A DNA stretch of 64,000 nucleotides from Octopus vulgaris (lineage: Eukaryota), in contig OX597815.1 of assembly GCA_951406725.2 (NCBI GenBank), positions 204,910,001 to 204,974,000 of the forward strand, in the 5' to 3' direction. Numbering within the stretch: position 1 is the first letter of the stretch; each line of letters begins with the position of its first letter. A program made the position numbers and the translations under genes. The notes beneath the pieces are model-generated. The model did no database searches and had not been told where the DNA came from. It was given only the letters and a program-made list of their open reading frames with translations. Of this stretch, positions 52,886-64,000 are shown one piece after another.

Positions 52886-53291
52886 ATCTAGGATATCTTT
52901 ATTTTACCAGAGATGGAAAGACAGCGCGCGTAAACTTGACACATCGCCACCCAACCGTAGTGGTGTGGTAAATACATTTGTTAATAAGGTTGGACTTTTG
53001 TGGGCAGGTCATCATGTGGACCATGATTATGTAAATTTGTGCCCAAAAGCTTCTGGCAGTAACTATTACGGCTCTTTTTAAGGGATGCCTAAAAGTACAT
53101 AGATTCTTCCTTTTTCAAGATCTTTTATCTTTTATCTTTTACCTGTTTCAGTCTTAAATTTTTAGTCGAATAAATCAACCCCACTGCTTATTTTCTCTTT
53201 GAGTTTGGAACTTATACCCTAGGTTTCATTAGACTACGGGGACGTGAACACATCAACACCAGTTGTCAAGCGATGATGAGGAACCAACACA

Positions 53292-53383
<92 letters not shown>

Positions 53384-53386
<3 letters not shown>

Positions 53387-54200
53387 GGTGCGTAAGGTAT
53401 TTCAAGATATACTTTTTTGGTTGTCATTGCTGCATTTTTTGCTAACTCTGTATAATCTTTGTTTCAGAAAATAATAATGGCAGACCGTCAGCTTACTCAA
53501 GAAATGAAGAGGAATGCTGTTATTGTGGTTAAAAAGGCTGAGCATAGGGATTTAGAAATATCTCGATTTTTATAAGTTGCCAGATTTTTCGTCTACAAAG
53601 TTTGTAAGGAGCTAGAGACTGAAGATGGAAACGTACCACCAGTATCAAAGCATAAAAGAATATTCTAAACGCTCTGAAATCATCAGAACTCCTGAATTTA
53701 TCCAGCAAGTCCAACAGACTATTGACTACAATCCCAAAAAGTCCATGAGGTCAATTGCAAAAGATCTTCATGTGTCAGAAGGAACAGTCAGAAATGTTGT
53801 CCACGAAGACATCAGTTATATATGTCTTATGTGATGAGGAATGATCAATTTGTCAGGAAAAAAAAACAAAAGAAAATCACTACATCAGATCTAAAAGGCT
53901 CTTAAACAAACTGAAAAATCCAGCAGAAGAAAATTTGATTTGGTTTTTCTCAAACGAGAAAAACTTCGACCAAGGACAAAAAGTTAAGAGAAAAATATGA
54001 CAGATGGTTATGTGTAGACCCTTCTGAAGTTCCAAGTGTTATGCATACAAAATTTGTTGCAACTATCATGGTTTTAGGGGTTGTCAGCAATGAAGGACAT
54101 GTGATGCCTCCTTACTTCTTTCCACAAGGCCTTAGAGTTAAATCTGCTGCTTACATTGAGGTTCTGGAAATAATTGTTAAGCCCTGGATAGACAGTATAT
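53384..54200 (+). mobile_element. 3'-truncated Tc1/mariner (maT/DD37D-like) element with transposase pseudogene
   Basis: TA|CAGGGTG start; ATG at 53477. Remnants 'NPKKSMRSIAKDLHVSEGTVRNVVHEDI' (HTH), 'WFFSNEKNF' and 'IMVLGVVSNEGHVMPPYFFPQGLRV...YIEVLEIIVKPWI'. Frameshifts and stops. Confidence 0.85.
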
Positions 54201-54460
54201 GAGTCGACTTGAGAGAGCTGCTGATCATAGAGAATAGGTATTCATTATAACATATTCCATAATATTTGTCATTAACTTGCTGCTTAGTGTCCTAAAAAAT
54301 TGAAATTAAATTGTCCTGAAAGTAATGAAAATTAATAGAAGCCGATATCCTATGATTTCATGTAAACAAACTTCGAGTTAATGCGAATCTATTCACGAAT
54401 TTCATTTCTTGCATCAAAGACTATTATGTTTTTCCGTAAATGTTTTCATCTTATATAAAA

Positions 54461-54855
54461 CTAGCAGTATCGCCCGGCGTTGCTCGGGTTTGTAAGGGAA
54501 ATAACTATATAAGCATTTTTAGAGAGTTATAGCCAAAAAATAGCAAAAAAATGCATTAAAAATAGAAAAAAAATTATGGTAATTTTTTTTTTTAATCGTT
54601 GACTAATCGTAGACATTTTTAGAGAGTTACTTCCCTTATATAATAGCGAAACAAATGCATTAAAATGGAAAAAAATTATGGTAAATTTTTTTTAATCGTA
54701 GACTCATTGTAGATGCGCGCTAATACCCAGAAGGGCTCGATATGAATCACGACTATAAGATACCCGGTTTTGGTTAAACTGCACCGCAAAATGTGGGAGT
54801 AGTTAGGAATCTAAATCGTAGGAGACAGACACACAACTTCTCTTTTATATATAAA
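54461..54855 (-). mobile_element. Short Helitron family H1
   Basis: Near-identical to 9405-9802. Confidence 0.85.
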
Positions 54856-57479
54856 ATATATGTACGTTCTATACACTGGTTATGTCACATACATTGTTTA
54901 CACGAAACTGTAGGATGTCACCGTATCACTTCCGGTTTCTATTGCAGTTTCATTCTTTTTTGGCCAATTTATTTAAACTATTTTTTTAGAACTTTATGTT
55001 AATCATATTTGTTTGGTCGATTGAAGTTAAAAGGGAATTCCAGATTGCATTTACTTGTCTCCCGAGTCATGAATATCAGTCATTCACTGAGGTCACTTAT
55101 ATCAACCTTACCACTGTAGAAAATTCTTGACCTTTGACATACACTAGAAATTGTCATATACGCCTACTCCATGGTATTATGCTATTATTAAATATGATAT
55201 TTTTGGCAACATTTCCAGCGTGACATTTTTATCCCATATCCTACATTATTTGATATGGTGGTGATGGTGGCATCGATAGGGAGTCCGTAGTGCCAGTGGT
55301 AGTGATAGTTGTGTTGGTAGTAGTGGTGGTGGTGGTGGTACTGGAGGTTAATTGTTGTGATGGTGTTCTGTGCATTTGATTAATACATTTTTTTTTTTTC
55401 TTTTCATACAAACACAAGCATTTATTCAAACTTGCTACTCCATCCTCCCGCCACCACTACCACCACCAACACCACCACCAACAACAACAACAACAACAAC
55501 AGTACCACCACCATCACCACCACCAAACAAACCTACCGAGCGGAGAATTGGCGGGAAGAAAGAGAACTAACTCGTGATTTTACAATGCAGCACGGATTTT
55601 TGTCAGTGAACCGGTCGCGGTCTTTTTTTATTTAAATGCGTTTGGTTTTGGCTTGATTAATGTTCCAAATACAATCTTGCAGCTTGTATATCTTTTACTT
55701 ATTACGGTTAGGCTACGACCATGCTGGGGCACTGCCTAGAGGAATTTTTAGTCGATTAAATTGATCCTAGAACTTATTTTCTTTTTAAGCCTGGTCCTTA
55801 TTCTATCGATCTCTTTTGCCGAACCGCTGATTTACGGAGACGTAAACACACCAACGCCGGTTGTCAAGCAGTGCTGGGGGACAAATACAGACAAGCACAT
55901 ATATATGTATATGTAGATATATACTTTGTGAGTTGATCTGGCAGACAAAAAATGAAAGAAGCCTAGTACTTATTCTATCGGTCTCTTTTGCCGAACCGCT
56001 AAGTTACGGGGACGCAAACACACCAGCATCGGTTGTCAAGCGATATTGGGGGGGGGGACAAACACAGTCACACAAACATATACACACACACATATATATA
56101 TATAGATAGATAGATATATATAATATCGATAATAACAAAGGGTGAAATTAATTAATTAAGAAGTAATCAGTAATTTCACCAAGTAGAATTCGGCATGTAA
56201 AAGACCAATTCATGGTAAGTTTAAGTAATACTATATAATTAGGGTTCAGCAACGATTAGCTTCACCACACACCGAAGTTTAGAAATAGCAGTCAAAAAAG
56301 TGGTGTGATGTAGAGTGATGTGGTGTGGCATGATATGGTAGTGTTTGGTGCGGTATATGTGCTGGGAAGTGGCCAGCATTAGTTTATGTGGGGTGGTGGG
56401 ATGTGAGGTGGTGATGTAATGTGGCATGATGTGGTGTGGTGGTGTGTGGTGTGGTGTGGTATGGTGTTGTTGGGGTGTGGGAATGCGAGGGTGGGTGTGG
56501 AGATGTGAGTGTGAGGCGTGTGGTTTGGGTGAGAATGTGGAGGTAGGGATGTGGGTGTAGGAGTGGCATAGGTGGGGTGTAGGGGTGGGTGTGAATGGAG
56601 AGGGTAATGATGAAGGAAGAAGGTTTGTAGGAGTGAAAAGGGGAAGTAGGTGTGAGTTGAGAGTAGAGAGGAGGGGAGTTAGATGAAGAGAGAAGGGGAG
56701 TTGAGCCCATGTGGCGCAAAAGAGCGAAGAGAGAAGATTAATTTCTGTCAAGGCGAAGGCAGGAGTCCGGATGGCCACTGTGTAAAGCAGTGACCAATAA
56801 AGATTCTCCTATCTTCCATCTTTCGTCTCTCTCATTAATTACATGCCCGACAAACACTAAGCCAGTGAACATGCTTTACGAGCCAACAACCAAGTGTATA
56901 CCAGACGATTTAACAAATATTAAAGGTTCTACACTTCTAGCTGGTGCCGGGATTTCGTTTCAGAAGCTGCGTGAGTATACGCCACTGACGAGCAGAAAAA
57001 CTGCGAAATATCGATATCCCTCGGTCCCGTTCACATCCGAGGGGATTTCACTTCGCCTCTTTTGGGGCGTCGTCGCCGTTCGCGTTTTAGCGGTAGTAGC
57101 GCGTCCACCTCCCGGTCGTTTCGGCCCGCACAGTTCCTCCAAGGGTGCTCTTCGCCGAGTGTCCGAGGCGGCCGGTACGTTCACTGTGAAAAAATTAGAG
57201 TGCTCAGAGCGAGCCCCGCCGGCTTGCATACGAATTTCTCCCATACGTAATACCACGGCTACAAGCATTTAAGGATACACATATATTATGTGCTATTGGT
57301 AATGTTTTGTGTGTGCGCGTGCGTGTATGTGTACATATGTATGTATGTATATACGTATATATATATCACCGTGATCCCCGTGACCGACCAGGCTATCAGA
57401 TATTGCTACACATCGCTGGTCACAATGTGCTTCGCATTGTCTTAGCCTTCAAATGACGCCACCCTGCTGGCTAAGTGAG

Positions 57480-57790
<311 letters not shown>

Positions 57791-57883
57791 ATCCAAACAA
57801 GAAGGCACAAAAAACACAACAACGCGAGGACGTGGAACAAATATAGTATTATTGGACGCTCAGGAAAGAAGGTAAGAAGGAGG

Positions 57884-57918
57884 GTTTAACGTTTCGAGCG
57901 GAGCTCTTCGTCGGAAAC
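57884..57918 (-). ncRNA. Minimal hammerhead-like motif in a (TA)n-embedded repeat (57785-57995)
   Basis: Minus strand GTTT-CCGACGA-A-GAGC-TCC-GCTC-GAAA-CG-TT-AAAC; stems I and II pair perfectly. Confidence 0.6.
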
Positions 57919-58357
57919 ATAGAAGGAAAGATCCAGAGAAGGGAAGACAGTGGAAAAAAAATCGCCAACGGTACACACGCGGTCACATTTTGAATATATA
58001 TATATACACACACACACAACACACGCACATACATGTATGTATATCACAGTATGAGTGTATCGACCAGGCGAGTAGATGTGGTTATACCTCTCTGATCACT
58101 ATGCGTTTACTCGCGTTGTCGTAGTTTTCGAATGATGTCACCCTGTTGGCTAGCGGAGCAAGCAAACATTCCCTCTGAACGGGACACCAGTCCGATGCTG
58201 GGTTACCCACTTCACAGATGAGTAGACTGGAGCAACGTGAAATGAAGTATGTTGTCCAAAAACACAACGGTCTAGGAATCAAAATCAAAATTTTTGCGAT
58301 CATGAACACCCTAACCCCCAGGGCACCAACCGACAGACAGATAGATAGATTTAGCGA

Positions 58358-58411
<54 letters not shown>

Positions 58412-59267
58412 GTTAGAAAGCATTACTCCATTGCCTACCAATGGGCCTCATTTGGGAATCTGCTAAAAACAGTCTGACTGCCGGTTGTTCGTTGTATTTA
58501 AAGTGTATTGCTTATGTACACTGCATTTGCAGAGGTGTTTTTAACAATATTTAATAGTTAAAGTTTGTCATTACTAGCTCTGGCTAATTCTAGAGGACAT
58601 TTTATGTCGTAAATCGCAATTTCTGAACTACAAAAATATTGACTGTTTTGAAAACACATTTATTATTTTTTTTGCATTTCCCATCTGTATCGTTCATTGA
58701 TATTTCATACACATTCGCATTTGATACTTTAGTTTCAAAAAAAAAAATAATAAAATGTCTATTATTGCAATTGAATTGTAAAGGATAAATATACATTTTG
58801 TCAGCGATCTCCATTTCGAAAAATTTATCATAATTTTCAGATAATTCACATATGAAGAAAATTTAAATACTATATATTATTTTAACCCCTAAGGCACCAG
58901 TCAAAACCCAAAAAATATGAATAAAAATTTGGCAGTTAATGGGTTAAGTAGCTGTTGAAATTCCGATGCGCGACCCTTAATCAAGAAGTTTCAGTCGTGT
59001 AGTTTGATCCTTTCCAAAGCAGAATTGAATCTATTGCTAACGGCTTAATATAGTCTAGTGACTGATTTGCATATCAATATATTCTTGATATTTCAATTGC
59101 CAAGAATAAATATAAATATTGAAATCTATTCTGCTAAATAAATCCTTGAACAATTGTATGTTTATAAGCAATGTCTGTTTGATAACTTAAAGAACAACCG
59201 GTTGCTCATGAAATCTTAAGCGGACCACCAAGACAATGTATAAAGACAAACTATTTCATATATTTAT

Positions 59268-59479
59268 TACTCTTTTACTCTTTTACTTGTTTAAGTCATT
59301 TGACTGCGGCCATGCTGGAGCAAGGCCTTTAGTCGAGCAAATCGACCCTGGGGCTTATTCTTTTGTAAGCCCAGTACTTATTGTATCGGTCTCTTTTGCC
59401 GAACCGCTAAGTGACGGGGACGTAAACACACCAGCATCGGTTGTCAAGCAATGCTAGAGGGACAAACACAGACACACAA

Positions 59480-59510
<31 letters not shown>

Positions 59511-59512
59511 TA

Positions 59513-59544
<32 letters not shown>

Positions 59545-59708
59545 CGACAGGCTTCTTTCAGTTTCCGTCTACCAAATCCACTCACAAGGCTTTGGTCGGC
59601 CCGAGGCTATAGCAGAAGACACTTGCCCAAGGTGCCACGCAGTGGGACTGAACCCGGAACCATGTGGTTGGTTAGCAAGCTACTTACCACACAGCCACTT
59701 CTGCGCCT
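59268..59708 (-). mobile_element. SINE family C
   Basis: Full body. Confidence 0.9.
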
Positions 59709-59793
59709 ATTACCCATGGTGTTGGCTAAGAACCATAAATATACTCTATTGTATTTAAGAACATTGAAACAAAATACTTTTAACATACCAGTA

Positions 59794-59828
<35 letters not shown>

Positions 59829-59834
59829 GATACA

Positions 59835-60125
59835 CAGGGTGGTTGAAAAGTAACTCCCTATTTTAAAATAATTGTAATATTTTTCTCAAATTTTTTGTGT
59901 TTGTTTTTTGCAGTATGAGAATTTAATCTGTAATCGTATTGTTCTTGTCATTCGTAAATGGATGAATGCCCACTTCCCTAGGAAATGGATGGGTCGTCGT
60001 GGTCCGCATGGGTGGCCAGCTAGGAGTCCCGACTTAACACCCTATGACTTCTTTCTTTGGGGGTCAGTTAAAAGAACAAGTCTACTGAACCAAACCAAAG
60101 ACTTTAAAAGAACGTGAAGGGCGAA
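59835..60125 (+). mobile_element. Internally deleted Tc1/mariner element
   Basis: CAGGGTGG terminus; transposase motif 'WMGRRGPHGWPARSPDLTPYDFFLWGSVK'. Confidence 0.85.
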
Positions 60126-60419
60126 TATGTGTATAATTATTCGGTAGCAATGATAAAACTCCGAGTTTCGGATGTCGGGGCGGAAACCCACACCGGCATC
60201 TCTTCAGTTTATAGTATTTGTTCCTGCGTACGTTTCACCGTTGTGGCTGTTTGGGACTCTGCATTGGATGTTCCAAGTTCAATTAGATGCTTAACTACAA
60301 CGGATCATCGGGGAACGTTTTATTGCATTATGTTACATATATATGTATGCATGTGTGTTATTGTTCTTTTTTGTTCATTCTTTTTTCAAGATTTCTAACC
60401 AATAGAGAAAGAGCCGGTT

Positions 60420-61176
60420 TCATGTGTGTATGTATGTATGTATGTATGTATGTATGTATGTATGTATGTATGTGTGAGTACGTATGTATGTATGTATGAT
60501 GTATGTATGCATGTACGTATATGTATATGGGTGTAAGTATATCATTGTTCAGTTTTATTTCAAGATTTCTTGCCAATAGAGAAAGAATCGGTTTCTAACC
60601 TAGATTCAAGGCTCCTTCACAGGAATTTCAACATCAGTATTTTTATTTGTATGTATGTATGTATGTATGTATGTATGTATGTATGTATGTATGTATGTAT
60701 GTATGTGCAGATTTGTATGTTTTATGTATGTATTCTCATGAATATAGTTGCATATCTAGACATGTTCATATATATTTAAATGATAAATTTCTGGAAAATT
60801 TTACAGATTTTTACAGTTCCACTGATGGATTTGATCTGTAGTCTTCGAATTAACTTTCTCCTTTGTGGTTTTGAGAAGCCCGATTTCTCAAGATTGGTAT
60901 TTAGGCAGTGTTACACATCTCCGGATTTCATGTGTGTATGTATGTATGTACGTATGTATGTACGTATGTATGTATGTATGTATGTGTGTATGTATGTATG
61001 CATGTATGTATGTATGTATGTATGTATGTATGTATGTATGTATGTACGTATGTATGTACGTATGTATGTATGTATGTATGTATGTGTGTATGTATGTATG
61101 CATGTATGTATGTATGTATGTATGTATGTATGTATGTATGTATGTATGTATGTATGTATGTATGTATGCATGTATC

Positions 61177-61210
<34 letters not shown>

Positions 61211-61490
61211 TGTATGTATGTATGTATGTATGTATGTATGTATGTGTGTATGTATGTATGCATATATGTATGCATGTATGTATGCATGTATCTATATATG
61301 TATGTATGCATGTATGTATGTATGTATGTATGTATGTATGTATGTATGCATGTATGTATGTATGCATGTATGTATGCATGTATCTATATATGCATGTATG
61401 TATGTATGTATGTATGTATGTATACGTTTGTATGTATGTATGTATGTATGTATGTATGTATGTATGTATGTATGTATGTATGTATGTATG
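60420..61490. repeat. (TATG)n microsatellite tracts
   Basis: Seen directly at 60420-60530, 60648-60705 and 60930-61490. Confidence 0.97.
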
Positions 61491-61938
61491 GAGTGAACAT
61501 TGGTGTAGAACACGGAAACGATAGATGGAAAAGGTCGATTTAAATATGAAACATTTCTAGTTAGCCTTGAAGATTGTGTGTGTGAGAGAGAGAGAGAGAC
61601 AGAGGGGAAGAAAAGGAGAGAGAGAGGAAGGGAGATAGTAGGTAGTATGAAATATGTTTTCGTTGAATTGTTTATATGCCAGTGAGGTCGCGAGCGACTG
61701 CAAACCCTCACTCGGTTAGGACGTCCTTTATCTTTGTTAAACAACCTAAAAGTGATTTCCGGAGGCGAAAGAGTGCGGCATCAGCTGTTCTCTGCAATTC
61801 TATTTATCGATCCGTATCAGTTTAACAGCAAATTTGATCCTGACTAAACAAATACTCGAAGGCATTCTGTCCGACTCTTCCTCTCTCCCTCCCTCTCTCT
61901 CTCGCTTCCTGTATATACGTGTATGTATATATATATAC

Positions 61939-61996
<58 letters not shown>

Positions 61997-62860
61997 TATA
62001 TATTTATATATATATATATAATATATATTTATGTATATATATATATATAAATATATATTATATATATATAAATATATATTATGTGTATATATATAAATAT
62101 ATATATATGTATGTATGTATGTATTTATGTATTTATGTGTGTGTATGTATGTATGTATGTATGTATGTATGTATGTATGTATGTATGTATGTATGTGTGT
62201 GTGTATGTATGTTTGTATGTATGAATGTATGCATGTATGTATGTATGTATGTTTGTATGTATGTATAATATAACGTTACAAGATCCCACTGGAAATCGCA
62301 AAAACAGAAGAACTTACCTTACAAGTAATTAGAAACGTCTTCTGGAAACGTTGGACCATTAATGGTACAAAGCTGGCTATCTCTTCTTCTTCTTCTTCTT
62401 CTTCTTCTTCTTCTTCTTGTCATTGACTTCAATTAACGTTTATTCATTCCTAACCCATTTCCGTCAGTACTAACAACAAAAACTAGAATTTCCTCTCTTC
62501 CTTATTTTCCTATTTCATTTCATTTGTCGCTCGACGTCCTCCATCTCTGTCGTCTCTCTACCAACCTGCAAGGATTACTGACAAGGAAATAAAGCGCAAA
62601 GCTCGTTTACACATTCGTTCACCTCATAAAGCTGTCAACTGCCAGCACAAGACGGCCAATAAATCCTGCTGATGGTTTGATGTTTGCCTTTTTATATACA
62701 GTGTGTGTGTATTCATTCATTTATTTATTTATTTATTTGTGTATTTGGTTATTTGTTTATTTATTTGCTTATGTATTGTTGGGTTGAAATATTTGGAAAG
62801 GAAAAAGTGAATTGGCTGTCAATGCAGGTCAAAACGTCAAACAAGCAATATACATACACA

Positions 62861-62895
<35 letters not shown>

Positions 62896-62954
62896 ACTCA
62901 CTCTCTCGTTCTCTCACACGCGCGCACACATACACATCTATATATATATATATA

Positions 62955-63344
62955 TCTATATAAAGCTGAAGCTGTCTGTCTGTGTATGGCAGGTTTGGTA
63001 GCCTTCAACTAACACTATCTCCTCCGAGACCCTGCGGCGCAACTTGACCAAAATTGAAATTATGGTAGAAGAAGGCTTGCTCTTCATTCCGTAGAAGATA
63101 AAATTCAAATCGAACCATGTTAAAACCAAAAATTATTTACATCAAAAAGGTGCTTTTTCTATGAAAATCCCTATTTTTTACGATATTTTTACTGCTGTGT
63201 CGCCATTTTTTTCGGTGTATTTCAACCAGAAAAATGTTCACTTAAAGAGAATAACAAGCTACATAATGCAAAATTTTTACTTTTCAAAAATTCCACTTCT
63301 AAAGGGTCGAAACAAACCCGATCAACGCCGGGCGATACCGCTAG
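62955..63344 (+). mobile_element. Short Helitron, second family (H2)
   Basis: A|TCTATATAAAG ... AAACCCGATCAACGCCGGGCGATACCGCTAG|T. The 3' end is nearly the same as H1 but the body differs. Confidence 0.85.
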
Positions 63345-63774
63345 TAAAATGATAAATCCATACGTTTTACCAATTCACCTTATTTAGTTATTTGACTTGT
63401 GGCCATACTGGAAAACCGCTTTGAAGAAGAATTAAGGCCCAACGACTCGACCCCTGTAGCTATGTTTTCTTCTATTTTTTTTTTTTTTGTAAGTTCTTGT
63501 ACATATTCTGAGTGTCTTGCCGAATAGCTAAAGTACGAGAACATAAGGAAACCAACGCCGGTTGTCAAGCGGTGTGTGGCGCTGATAAATGGACACAGAC
63601 GTACGGATCAGCTCAATTGTACAAGTGCAATCTGTGAGTGGAACAGTAAAAATATGCAAGACTTTTCTCAAGTTCCAAGTGTGAATTTGTCTGTGTTAAC
63701 TACATCTCAAAGATGGAGATTTGTATCTTTGTATGCACAAAAATATATATATATATGTATGTGTGTGTGTGTGG

Positions 63775-63810
63775 ATAGACAGATAAATAGATAGATAGAT
63801 AGATAGATAT

Positions 63811-63900
<90 letters not shown>
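63775..63900. repeat. (GATA)n microsatellite
   Basis: Seen directly; another tract lies at 35930-36020. Confidence 0.97.
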
Positions 63901-64000
63901 GGGGGGTGCGTGTGTTCTCAGCAATGTGTGTGTATCTTCTCTGCTGCAACGACGATGAAACCAGCGTCAACATTAGATTCCAGACTGTTCAGCCTATGGA

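Noticed and set aside
56239-57272. 179-aa and 160-aa ORFs
   Set aside because: GT-rich low-complexity and repeat-derived sequence with no domain recognised.
58882-58947. TTAA-CCC...GGG-TTAA piggyBac-like mini element
   Set aside because: Too short, with minimal TIR match; cannot be separated from chance.

Overview
AT-rich, repeat-dense eukaryotic DNA. The SINE families and long (TA)/(CA)/(TACA)/(GATA) microsatellites point to a coleoid cephalopod, most likely Octopus; this is inferred from recalled repeat families, not a search. Almost all ORFs in the track are artefacts of SINEs and microsatellites. One real protein-coding gene can be reconstructed: a minus-strand gene of at least 3 exons (22796-22430, 18357-17682, 17246-16646; about 547 aa) whose last exon resembles C19orf81/DUF4732. 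Also present: a tRNA-Arg(ACG) with two stem defects plus a half copy, an orphan histone H4 fragment, a 22 x 39-bp SINE-derived minisatellite, non-autonomous Helitrons, Tc1/mariner, hAT and Merlin-like elements, and L1/Tx1, RTE and Penelope-like fragments. The most interesting signal is a recurring class of 470-490 bp fold-backs (11.0, 23.4 and 48.4 kb). Two of them carry a hammerhead-ribozyme fold in each arm, reading outward from the centre. Several solo minimal hammerheads also occur, many with a CCGANGA rather than CUGANGA core. This suggests a Penelope/retrozyme-like ribozyme system in which each ribozyme is paired with its own antisense copy.
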